From NCBI GenBank assembly GCA_034417075.1, contig DAOULU010000006.1, positions 74,283-138,282 of the forward strand: DNA of 64,000 nt. Direction: 5' to 3'. Position numbers and translations under genes: made by a program. Under the pieces are notes generated by a model. It saw nothing but the letters and a program-made list of their open reading frames with translations, was not told the origin of the DNA and did not search any database. Below are positions 46,441 through 55,323 of this stretch, in pieces (positions within the stretch are counted from its first letter, which is position 1; the number at the start of each line of letters is the position of its first letter). The stretch is from Anaerolineales bacterium. Lineage in GTDB: Bacteria > Chloroflexota > Anaerolineae > Anaerolineales > E44-bin32.

Positions 46441-48252
46441 GTGTATAATCGGAGACCAATGACCGTAGATGCCTGGATCACAATCGGCCTGATCACCGTC
46501 GCCGCCGTTCTGCTCATCTCTGGGTGGTTGAGATCCGATCTGGTAGCGATCTTCGTCGCACTCGGGCTGCGACTGACAGGCGTGCTCTCCACCGAGCAGG
46601 CGCTTTCCGGTTTCAGCCAAACTGCCGTTCTCACCATACTCTCGATTTTCATCATTACCCATGGCTTGGAAATAACCGGAGCGACGGCCTGGGTCGGGCG
46701 ACATTTGCTGCGTTTGGCTGGCGCATCCGAACGGCGCTTGTTGACCGTCATCACGCTGACGGCCGCGTTGCTTTCCTTGTTCATGAACACGATTGCCGCC
46801 GCAGCCATTCTGCTTCCCATGACGATGGGCATCGCCCGTGAATTGAAGCTACGCCCCTCCCGCTTGCTCATGCCCCTTTCCTTCGGTGCACTGCTTGGCG
46901 GCACAGCTACGCTCTTGACCACCGCAAACATCATCGTCAGCAATACGTTGAACCAGAACGGCTTGAAACCTTACGGACTGCTCGATTTCCTTCCCGTCGG
47001 TTTACCCGTCGTCATCGCCGGTTCTTTGTTGATGGTGTGGTTGGCGCCGAAAGTCCTGCCGGCACGGGACATGGCCGGAGAGATCGCGCGCATGAAACTG
47101 CTGCGCGGCGAATTGGCCCGCATCTACCACTTGCGGGAAGGTACTTCAGAGGTCCGTGTGCAGGAAGACTCCCCGATGGCCGGTAAAACGCTGGTCGAAG
47201 GTGCCTGGGGCCAGGATCTCGATTTGACCGTGCTGGGAATCTCGCACGAGGATCAGCTCACGCTCGCTCCCGATCCCAACATCGAAATCTACGAGGAGGA
47301 CATCGTCCTGCTCGACGGAACCCCGACCCCCAAGCAAATGAAAGATTACGGGTTGGAATTTACCTTCACTTCTGACCTGGTAAGCGGTCTCTCCTCGCAA
47401 GACGTTCCCCTCATCGAAGTCGTGCTCGCGCCGCGTTCCGAACTGGAAAAGAAAACGCTGCGCCAGATTCACTTCCGCGAACGATTCGGCTTGCAGGTCA
47501 TCGCCCTTTGGCGCGAAGGGCTGATCATCCAACGTGGGATCGCAGACCTTCCGCTTCGCTTTGGGGACGCAATGCTGCTGCAAGGGCCGAAGTCGAAAGT
47601 GCGGCTGCTGCGAATGGATTCCAACTTCATGGTCCTGCAAGAGGAGCGGGACATACGCCCGGGCAAGCAAGCCGTCTTGGCCAGCATGATCCTCATCGGG
47701 AGTTTAGCGCTGGCCGCGGCGCAAGTTCTGCCCATCGCCATCGCCACGCTGCTCGGTGCTGCGTTGATGGTGCTCACGCGCTGCATGACGATGGACCAGG
47801 CTTATCGCGCCGTCGAATGGCGGGCCATCTTCCTGATCGCCGGCATGCTGCCTTTGAGCACGGCGCTGCAGATCACCGGAGCGGCAAGTGCGGTTGCAAA
47901 CGACCTTCTTCAATGGGTTGGAACGGGATCACCGATGATCACCGCGATGCTGCTCTTGATCGGCGCGTCGACTTTAAGCCTGATCTTGAGCGGACAAACG
48001 GCCGCGGTGATCATGGCACCGATCTCCATCGCAGCCGCAACCGCGATGAACGCCGATCCCCGTGCGCTGTCGATGGCCGTCGCCGTCGGCTGCTCACTGT
48101 CGTTCATCAGCCCTCTCGGACACCCCTCGAGCCTTCTCGTAATGGGTCCTGGTGGCTACACCTTCCGCGACTACGTTCGCCTGGGCATCCCGCTCACCTT
48201 TCTCACCTTCTTCGTCGCCGCTCTTAGCTTGCATTGGTTCTGGGGACTATGA
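46441..48252 (+). CDS. SLC13/DASS-family permease with two central TrkA-C domains
   Basis: 603 aa with TM bundles at both ends and a TrkA_C-like central region (VRVQEDSPMAGKTLVE..., LIEVVLAPRSELEKKTLRQIHFRERFGLQVIAL). The start may be at 46459. Confidence 0.85.
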   Translation: MYNRRPMTVDAWITIGLITVAAVLLISGWLRSDLVAIFVALGLRLTGVLSTEQALSGFSQTAVLTILSIFIITHGLEITGATAWVGRHLLRLAGASERRLLTVITLTAALLSLFMNTIAAAAILLPMTMGIARELKLRPSRLLMPLSFGALLGGTATLLTTANIIVSNTLNQNGLKPYGLLDFLPVGLPVVIAGSLLMVWLAPKVLPARDMAGEIARMKLLRGELARIYHLREGTSEVRVQEDSPMAGKTLVEGAWGQDLDLTVLGISHEDQLTLAPDPNIEIYEEDIVLLDGTPTPKQMKDYGLEFTFTSDLVSGLSSQDVPLIEVVLAPRSELEKKTLRQIHFRERFGLQVIALWREGLIIQRGIADLPLRFGDAMLLQGPKSKVRLLRMDSNFMVLQEERDIRPGKQAVLASMILIGSLALAAAQVLPIAIATLLGAALMVLTRCMTMDQAYRAVEWRAIFLIAGMLPLSTALQITGAASAVANDLLQWVGTGSPMITAMLLLIGASTLSLILSGQTAAVIMAPISIAAATAMNADPRALSMAVAVGCSLSFISPLGHPSSLLVMGPGGYTFRDYVRLGIPLTFLTFFVAALSLHWFWGL

Positions 48253-49370
48253 GCGGGTTCAAATTCGAAGTCGTCTCCCAGGACGGAAACGCCCGCGCCG
48301 GTCTACTGCAGACCCCGCACGGTGTCATACAAACGCCCGTCTTCGCCCCCGTGGGCACGCAAGCCACAGTGAAAGCGCTGACGCCGCAGCAATTGAAGGA
48401 TCTGGGCGCCACACTCATTCTCGCCAACAGCTACCACCTGCACCTTCGTCCGGGTGACGAATTGATCGCCGAATTGGGCGGGCTGCACCAATTCATGTCC
48501 TGGAACGGTCCCATCCTGACCGACTCGGGAGGTTTTCAGGTCTTTTCCTTGGCCAAACGCCGCCAGGTGGACGCGTACGGTGTGACCTTTCAGAGTCATC
48601 TCGACGGCTCCGAACACCGCTTCACGCCGGAGAGCGTGATCAGGATTCAAGAAAACCTGGGCGCGGACATCATCATGACGCTCGATGAATGCCCTCAGCC
48701 GTACGACCGGAAGTACAACAAGGAAGCGCTACGACGGACACACTCTTGGGCTGAGCGCTGCCTGACCGCCAAATCCCGCAGCGATCAAGCACTCTTTGGA
48801 ATCGTTCAAGGCGGCGTGTTCCCCGACCTGCGTGAACAATCCGCCGCATTTATCGCATCGCTGGATTTCCCCGGAATCGCCATCGGCGGATTATCGGTTG
48901 GCGAAACTCCGGCAGAAATGCTCGCCATGATCGAAGTCGTCAACGCCGTGTTGCCCGAAGATCGCCCGCGCTACTTGATGGGCGTGGGAGCGCCCAACGA
49001 TCTCGTGGAGTGTGTACTGCGGGGCATCGATATGTTCGACTGCGTGCTGCCGACTCGCATGGCGCGTAATCACACGGCGCTCACCCGTCTCGGTCGCTTG
49101 AATCTGCGTAACGCCCCCTTCGCAGATGATAGGCAGCCGCTCGACGACACCTGTACGTGCTATACTTGCCGGACGTTCAGCCGCGCCTACCTCCGCCATC
49201 TCTGTGTAGCCAAGGAGATCCTCGCGGCGACGTTGATCTCGATTCACAACGTACATAGCCTCACGACGCTCGTCGGCGATTTACGCCAGGCCATCGTCGA
49301 AGCGAGACTGGAAAAATTTGCCGATGAATTTCTTGCCGATTACCGCAAACACCGCTCGCCGGAGACCTAA
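48249..49370 (+). CDS. tgt: tRNA-guanine transglycosylase (queuine tRNA-ribosyltransferase)
   Basis: Motifs TPVFAPVGT, DSGGFQV, LDEC and the Zn site CTCYTCRTFSRAYLRHL. ATGA overlap with the upstream stop. Confidence 0.95.
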   Translation: MSGFKFEVVSQDGNARAGLLQTPHGVIQTPVFAPVGTQATVKALTPQQLKDLGATLILANSYHLHLRPGDELIAELGGLHQFMSWNGPILTDSGGFQVFSLAKRRQVDAYGVTFQSHLDGSEHRFTPESVIRIQENLGADIIMTLDECPQPYDRKYNKEALRRTHSWAERCLTAKSRSDQALFGIVQGGVFPDLREQSAAFIASLDFPGIAIGGLSVGETPAEMLAMIEVVNAVLPEDRPRYLMGVGAPNDLVECVLRGIDMFDCVLPTRMARNHTALTRLGRLNLRNAPFADDRQPLDDTCTCYTCRTFSRAYLRHLCVAKEILAATLISIHNVHSLTTLVGDLRQAIVEARLEKFADEFLADYRKHRSPET

Positions 49371-49373
49371 TCC

Positions 49374-50198
49374 ATGAGCCTCATCCAGGCCCTCGTACTC
49401 GGCATCGTACAAGGCGCCACGGAGTTCCTGCCCATTTCTTCCTCGGCGCATCTCGTCCTTGTACCGTGGATTTTAAAATGGGATTTTGACCCCAAGGCGG
49501 CATTTGTATTCAACATCCTCGTGCAGTGGGGCACGCTGCTCGCTGTGGTCTTCTATTTTCGACACGACCTGCAGACGATGGTGAGAGCAGCCTGGCGCGG
49601 TGTACGCTCCCGAAAACCCTTCCAGGACCCTGATGCGAGACTCGCATGGCTGGTCCTGGCAGCCAGCGTCCCGGCGACCATCGTCGGTGTGGCCCTAAAG
49701 ACGCAAGTGTCCCAAACCTTCGAACACCCACAAATGGTCTCCATTTTATTGCTCGTGACCGCGGCCATGTTGTTCGCCAGCGAACGCGTCGGAAATATCG
49801 ATCGAAGCCTCGATTCGCTTATTGCGAAAGATGCTTTGTGGATCGGGCTCGCCCAGGCGCTGGCGTTGTTCCCAGGAATTTCCCGTTCCGGCGCGACGAT
49901 CGCAGCGGGACTGGTGTGCCGCTTCCAACGCCCGCATGCCGCCCGTTTCTCGTTCTTGATCGCCATACCCGTAATGATCGGCGCCGGTTTGGTTGCCTTG
50001 TTCGATCTGACCCAAATTCCGGACGGAAACAGTCAGATCTCCGCACTCGTGGTCGGTTTCTTGACCGCCGTCGTCGTTGGCTATTTCGCCATACACTGGT
50101 TGATCACATTTCTGACCAAGAAATCTCTCTCCACCTTTGGCGTGTACTGCGCCATCGTGGGCGGTTTGGGATTGCTGCTGAGTGTGATCCGTGGCTAA
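49374..50198 (+). CDS. uppP: undecaprenyl-diphosphate phosphatase
   Basis: 274 aa with motifs GATEFLPISSSAHL and PGISRSGATI. Confidence 0.93.
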   Translation: MSLIQALVLGIVQGATEFLPISSSAHLVLVPWILKWDFDPKAAFVFNILVQWGTLLAVVFYFRHDLQTMVRAAWRGVRSRKPFQDPDARLAWLVLAASVPATIVGVALKTQVSQTFEHPQMVSILLLVTAAMLFASERVGNIDRSLDSLIAKDALWIGLAQALALFPGISRSGATIAAGLVCRFQRPHAARFSFLIAIPVMIGAGLVALFDLTQIPDGNSQISALVVGFLTAVVVGYFAIHWLITFLTKKSLSTFGVYCAIVGGLGLLLSVIRG

Positions 50199-50952
50199 GC
50201 GGATCGGTTGCGTCACGGTTTGTGTAATCCTGTGTGCTTGCAGCACGCCCAGCCTCACACCTGCACCCACGACCATTGCAACTATCGCCACCACGCCGGC
50301 GCTCGAAGCGCTGGTCCAGACGTGGATCGCAGAGATACCCTCCACCGACATCGCCCGCTTCGACCTGCGCACACTCGCCCCGCTGGAAGTACCCCAGGCT
50401 ATCGAGGACAACACGGTCCAACTTGCCATCATCGGCAGCGCGCCGCCGAATGACACCTTTGCCACACCGCTGTTTGAAGAAGCGATCGCCGTCGTCGTTC
50501 ACTCGCGAAATGACATCCGCTCGGTATCCCTGGAGGAACTCGAAGGCCTCATCAGCGGGCGAATCACCAATTGGTCCGATCTGACCGGCGAAGACCTGGC
50601 CGTTCAGCCTATCATTCCGCTTTCGGCGGATGAAACCCGGATTCAATTCGAGAAGCTCGTCATGAAGAACGAATCAGCCTCGGTGAAAGCGCTGCTCGCC
50701 CCGACTCCGGCAGCGATGATTCAACTCATCTCGAAGAACCATGGGGCGATCGGCTATCTACCCTTGTCATCACTTACAGACGAGGTGCGTGCGGTTCAGG
50801 TGGACAACCGAGCACCGAGCAACGCGAACGTACGCAGCGGACGCTATACGCTGATCCTGCCGGTGATCGCCTACGATTCTGAAGAACCGCAAGGTGCACT
50901 GCGAGAGTGGATCCTCGCCATCCAAACGCCCACAGAAACCGCAACGCCGTAA
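50191..50952 (+). CDS. PstS-like (PBP_like_2) substrate-binding lipoprotein
   Basis: GTG start overlapping the uppP stop and a lipobox ILCACS. The motifs ISGRITNWSDL, GAIGYLPLS and VRSGRYTL are typical of phosphate-binding-protein-like domains. Confidence 0.65.
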   Translation: MAKRIGCVTVCVILCACSTPSLTPAPTTIATIATTPALEALVQTWIAEIPSTDIARFDLRTLAPLEVPQAIEDNTVQLAIIGSAPPNDTFATPLFEEAIAVVVHSRNDIRSVSLEELEGLISGRITNWSDLTGEDLAVQPIIPLSADETRIQFEKLVMKNESASVKALLAPTPAAMIQLISKNHGAIGYLPLSSLTDEVRAVQVDNRAPSNANVRSGRYTLILPVIAYDSEEPQGALREWILAIQTPTETATP

Positions 50953-51044
50953 CACCTCGTTCGATCAATATTTGGATATTGAAGCGGAATCGAAACAACG
51001 AGCTCAGACGTGCATTTTCGTTGACTTGTCAATTTGCTGAGGCT

Positions 51045-51722
51045 TTACAGCGGTATCGCACCGGTAACAAAAGGATTCGACGCTCGTTCCGCACCGACCG
51101 TGGTTGCCGGGCCGTGGCCGCTGAAGAGGCGTACCTCGTCCGGTAGAGTGAGAATTTCCCTTCGAATACTCTCCAGCAGCGCTTGCCCGCTCCCGCCGGG
51201 TAAATCCACACGTCCGACGCTGCCCTGGAAAATCAAATCCCCGCAGAAGATTACACCATCTTCCCGGTCCAGGAATATCACGTGTCCCTGACTGTGTCCG
51301 GGCGTGTGCCGCACTTCGAAGGTCCGCTTTCCGAGCTGCAAATGCATGCCGTGTTCTAACGCGATGCTGGGTTCCGGACCGGGATCAAATTCTTGAAAAC
51401 CGAATAACGCCGCACCGCCCTGCACGTGCCACAGCGGTATGTCGGCAGGATGAAGTGCCACCGGCAGTGATTCCGGTGAGGCCTTTGCGACCGCCGCCGC
51501 ACCGCCGAAGTGATCGAAATGGGCATGGGTGAGCCAGATCGCTTCGAGCGGCCAACCCCGTCGCTCCGCTTCGGCAACGATTACCTCACCTTCCCAAGCC
51601 GGATCGATGACCACCACTCGGCTGGTTTCCCTATCCGCGACGAGATAGGAGTTCGTCGAAACCGGCCCAAGTACGAAAGATACGATCGCCAGCGAACCGG
51701 CTTGATCTTCACTGGAAAACAT
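51045..51722 (-). CDS. MBL-fold metallo-hydrolase (glyoxalase II-like)
   Basis: Motifs THAHFDHFGG, TPGHSQGH and GDLIF. Confidence 0.88.
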   Translation of the reverse strand: MFSSEDQAGSLAIVSFVLGPVSTNSYLVADRETSRVVVIDPAWEGEVIVAEAERRGWPLEAIWLTHAHFDHFGGAAAVAKASPESLPVALHPADIPLWHVQGGAALFGFQEFDPGPEPSIALEHGMHLQLGKRTFEVRHTPGHSQGHVIFLDREDGVIFCGDLIFQGSVGRVDLPGGSGQALLESIRREILTLPDEVRLFSGHGPATTVGAERASNPFVTGAIPL

Positions 51723-51885
51723 GGATTCCCTCGCTCGGCTTCTTGCCTGCTAGACTCCTTATTGAATCGTCTAATGAAGAGAAGTATAGCCAGAAAGACG
51801 GACGCCTTCAATCCCGGAAGCACGATGAAAGAAAAGAGCCAGCCCTCAGGTACCGGCTGGCTCGCTGTTATTCAACGTGAATTCC

Positions 51886-52911
51886 TTACGGCTCATTGAA
51901 CGTGGCGAAGTCGAACAAGACTGCACTCGAATTGTAATTCGTGATTTTAATCCAGCCGTAATTTCCATCACTGGTCTGGTAGCAGTAGTAGCGCTTGTGC
52001 AACTCGAAGGTTGACGCACTCAACGACAAACCTTGACACTGTTCACGCGTCGGCGCTTCCGAGCCGAACAGCCTGAAGCCGACTCCGTGTAGCGGATCGA
52101 TCTCATACTCATGAGTAAAGAGGAAGAGCGTATGCTCGTACTTGAAGTCCGCCTGGGGCGCTCCGCAGCTGACTTGTTCGCCTGCATCGAGATCGTAGCA
52201 GCCGCTGTCGTTGAGATATTCATCCGTCCCGCTGGCCTTGAAGAGTAGGTACGCCTCAAACACAGGAACCAGAGGTTCGAAGACGATCCCTTCCTCTTCG
52301 GCGGGCACCACGATTTTGACCCAGAAGGCCACACTACCGTCGGTTCCGATCCCAAAGAGCACGCCGTCGCTGCTGCGCAGTTTCCAGAAACCCTGATAGG
52401 TACCCGTGTCCGCCGGCGCCGTCATGCCGGAGGAAATGTCCACCGTGCTTCCCGGCGGTACGGTCCCCAGCAGGGCCGACTCGACCAGTCCGTCCATTCG
52501 ATCGCCGTGACTGAACACCAGTGCGTAGGACGAGGTCCAGGTGCAGGTACCGTCGTTGCGCAGCCGCCAGGTTTTCGTGAAAGATGAATCCGCATCCACT
52601 TCCGTGTCGTCTGGATAAGTCACGTCGCTGACGAAGCTTGCGAAGTTCGTGCAACCCGTCGGTTCCGGCGTATCGGTCGGCGATTCCGTGGTGGGTGTCG
52701 GCTCCGATGAGTCCGTCGGAGCCGGAGGTTCTTCTGTGGGCGTAGGCTGCGTTTCAGAGCCCGAACCCTGCGAATCTTCCATCTCCTCGCTGGTGTCCGC
52801 CGTTGGCATCGTGGTATCGGCGCTGATGGTGAACGGAAAATTGCATGCCGAAAGCAGGAAGGCCGCGACAAACAGCCAACTCAACTGCCGTGATAAATGT
52901 GCGTGTTTCAT
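51886..52911 (-). CDS. lipoprotein with NBR1-type Ig-like (N_BRCA1_IG-like) domain
   Basis: The ATG at 52911 has a GAGGAGAG RBS and the lipobox is FLLSAC. FVSDVTYPDDTEVDADSSFTKTWRLRNDGTCTW...GTYQGFWKLRSSDGVLFG matches the NBR1-like domain pattern. Confidence 0.65.
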   Translation of the reverse strand: MKHAHLSRQLSWLFVAAFLLSACNFPFTISADTTMPTADTSEEMEDSQGSGSETQPTPTEEPPAPTDSSEPTPTTESPTDTPEPTGCTNFASFVSDVTYPDDTEVDADSSFTKTWRLRNDGTCTWTSSYALVFSHGDRMDGLVESALLGTVPPGSTVDISSGMTAPADTGTYQGFWKLRSSDGVLFGIGTDGSVAFWVKIVVPAEEEGIVFEPLVPVFEAYLLFKASGTDEYLNDSGCYDLDAGEQVSCGAPQADFKYEHTLFLFTHEYEIDPLHGVGFRLFGSEAPTREQCQGLSLSASTFELHKRYYCYQTSDGNYGWIKITNYNSSAVLFDFATFNEP

Positions 52912-53022
52912 CGTTCTCTCCTCATGCCGCGTAAACGTTGTCCTTTCACCTCTCACAACGTTTCTACTCGATCATTTGTGACATCAGCGCGGTTAACAGA
53001 CACGGATTGCAAAAACACACGC

Positions 53023-55200
53023 TCACTCGGAGGATATCGTGGGTACGATGATCGACCAGGACTGTCCACCGTCCACCGTTTTCACCAGGGCGATCTCAGT
53101 TTCGCTGCGAGCCACGGCCCAACCAAGCTGCTCGCTCACGAATGAGAATTGGCCGTCCCAATTCACACTCTTGACTTTGGTCCAGGTCTCGCCGCCATCC
53201 AGTGTGCGGTAGATGTCACGGGACAGTGCGTAGGCGATATCCGCGTCGATGAACAACAATGTCCCGCCGGGATAGCGGTGCGTCAGCCATGTTCCACCTC
53301 CATCTTCCGAGACGTATACGTAATGATCCTCGATCCTTTCATCCCCTTCCCAACGCAGGCACGACATTGCCAGTGCGCCGTGGGAGGAAGAGAAAAGGGT
53401 CGGGGATTGGGATTCGCAGCCCGCACTGTAAAATAGATCCGGTTGTTCGTTGGGCGCCGGCAAAGCGATCTCATCCCAGTTCGCTCCGCCATCCTGAGTC
53501 ACCACGACTTCCGCTCCCTCGATGGGGCAACTTCCGATAGTCACCCAACCCGTTAATTCGAATGCAAAACTCATCCCGGTCTTTTGGCAGCTTTGCAGAT
53601 AAACACTTTCATATGGATCGATGAGACGATTCCAATGCGCCCCGCCGTCATTTGTAGCAAACATGTAAATTGGGTACTTGTGCATGCCCACACCGCCCAC
53701 GCGGGCCATGATCCAGCCGTACTGTGCGCTCGAGAAATCAAGATACGGTGGGTTGAAGCTCGATCCCACGAAATCCACGCCGATGGGACCGCTCCATTGC
53801 CAGGTTTGACCTGCGTCAAACGTGTGCCAGATCGTCAATTCGGTAGAACCCATTTCGGATTCGCGAGGGACAGAATGATAGACCACCCAGCCGGTTGTAT
53901 GGTCGACGAAAAAGCCGGTGGCCATCTTCTCCACCCCTCCCGATTCCGGAACAGGCTCGGGCGGTGTCACGTCACGCCAGGTCAAACCACCGTCCGTGGT
54001 GCGCAACACGTGATCCCCGTATCCCGCCAATCCCCCGATCGCCCAGCTGCGATCCGCATCCGACATGTGAATGGCATGAATCGTAATTTCCTCTCCGCCT
54101 ACCAGATGCGGTATGGGATCTCCCTCGGGAAGCGTAGAAGTTGCCGGCATCGACGGTTGAACCACTCCGTTACTCACGTCAGCCGCCGTGTAACGGGTAA
54201 TGCCTGCGTTTGTGCCAAAATAAACGCTTCCATCGGCCGCAGTGGAGATCGCGCGTACATCATCTCCACGCAAACCCTGGGAAGTCGTGTAGCCCAACCA
54301 TTCCGTCCCATCGAAACGAAAGGCGCCCGCACGTGTCCCCAGCCAGAGCGCTTCGTCACCACCCGGGGCTATCGCCTGAACGACGTTGACACTCATGTCG
54401 CCCGAAAATGTATAGTGCTGCCAACCACCCGAATCGAAGCGAGCCGCACCACCGAAAAGCGTTCCCAACCAAATCGCACCTTGCGAATCCTCCGCTATGG
54501 ATAGAACGTCACTTGCGGGCAAACCGGTATTTTGATCGTAGGTCGTCCAACCGACGCCGTCGAAACGCGAAACCCCCATGGAGGTGCCAAACCATGTCCC
54601 CTGCGCACCGGCGTCGTAGACACAGTGGACGTAATCGTCAGCCAGGCCGTCGGCGGTCGTGAAATTCGTCCATGCATCGTCTGCGAATTTCGAGACACCG
54701 TTGTTCGTCCCGATCCACAGCACTCCGTCGGAACTTACCTGCAGATCGAAGATCGTGTCCGCCGTCAGGCCATCCTCCGATGTATACCTGGACCAGTTCC
54801 CTTGGTGATAGCGGATCAAACCCATTGTCGTACCGAACCACAGCGAACCATCCGACCCAACCGCAACGGCCCTCACTTCATCGATGGGCGTTCCCTCCAC
54901 AGACGAATAGCGCAGGCAAGTTTGTAAACCCGCATCGCATTGCGCCGCTCCGTCGGCCGTGCCCACCCAGAGATCTCCCAGCGGATCAAAGGCCAGGTCG
55001 AAGACCTCACCCAATTCGTCTGGGGAGATGGCTTCACCCGAAGCTTCGGGCGTATCCGTATCGCTGATCGTCCCGGCAGGTGTGTCAATCAATGTCGTCA
55101 AGGATGACTCGGTCGGTGATGCTGTGGGCAGGTTGCACGCTGCGAGCAGCAGCGCGATCGAAGCGAACACGGGTAAAGCCTTGATCTTCGATACGGTCAT
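53023..55200 (-). CDS. lipoprotein with two-component-regulator-propeller repeats plus BNR/Asp-box beta-propeller
   Basis: The ATG at 55200 has a GGAGGAGG RBS and the lipobox is LLLAAC. The N-terminal half has repeated G.LW.GT..G...F/Y motifs. The C-terminal half has at least 7 Asp-box repeats (TTDGGLTW, FDAGQTW, TNDGGAHW, TQDGGANW, SEDGGGTW, TLDGGETW, TVDGGQSW). Confidence 0.75.
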   Translation of the reverse strand: MTVSKIKALPVFASIALLLAACNLPTASPTESSLTTLIDTPAGTISDTDTPEASGEAISPDELGEVFDLAFDPLGDLWVGTADGAAQCDAGLQTCLRYSSVEGTPIDEVRAVAVGSDGSLWFGTTMGLIRYHQGNWSRYTSEDGLTADTIFDLQVSSDGVLWIGTNNGVSKFADDAWTNFTTADGLADDYVHCVYDAGAQGTWFGTSMGVSRFDGVGWTTYDQNTGLPASDVLSIAEDSQGAIWLGTLFGGAARFDSGGWQHYTFSGDMSVNVVQAIAPGGDEALWLGTRAGAFRFDGTEWLGYTTSQGLRGDDVRAISTAADGSVYFGTNAGITRYTAADVSNGVVQPSMPATSTLPEGDPIPHLVGGEEITIHAIHMSDADRSWAIGGLAGYGDHVLRTTDGGLTWRDVTPPEPVPESGGVEKMATGFFVDHTTGWVVYHSVPRESEMGSTELTIWHTFDAGQTWQWSGPIGVDFVGSSFNPPYLDFSSAQYGWIMARVGGVGMHKYPIYMFATNDGGAHWNRLIDPYESVYLQSCQKTGMSFAFELTGWVTIGSCPIEGAEVVVTQDGGANWDEIALPAPNEQPDLFYSAGCESQSPTLFSSSHGALAMSCLRWEGDERIEDHYVYVSEDGGGTWLTHRYPGGTLLFIDADIAYALSRDIYRTLDGGETWTKVKSVNWDGQFSFVSEQLGWAVARSETEIALVKTVDGGQSWSIIVPTISSE

Positions 55201-55323
55201 GATTGATTCCTCCTCCACTCTTCCGTGTACACAAATCATCTGCGCAACATTAAAAGTTTACAGCGTCGGACGGTCGACTGCGGTGCGACAGTGACGATTC
55301 CCCGATCGCAACGTACGGTCACT

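Noticed and set aside
46384-46704. A 107-aa N-terminal extension of the alanine racemase ORF, plus ORFs 46389-46943 (minus) and 46524-46841 (plus).
   Set aside because: The extension overlaps the divergent SLC13 gene and lacks Alr homology. Alr family proteins start at the MNGYSNWLEIDR-type N-terminus.
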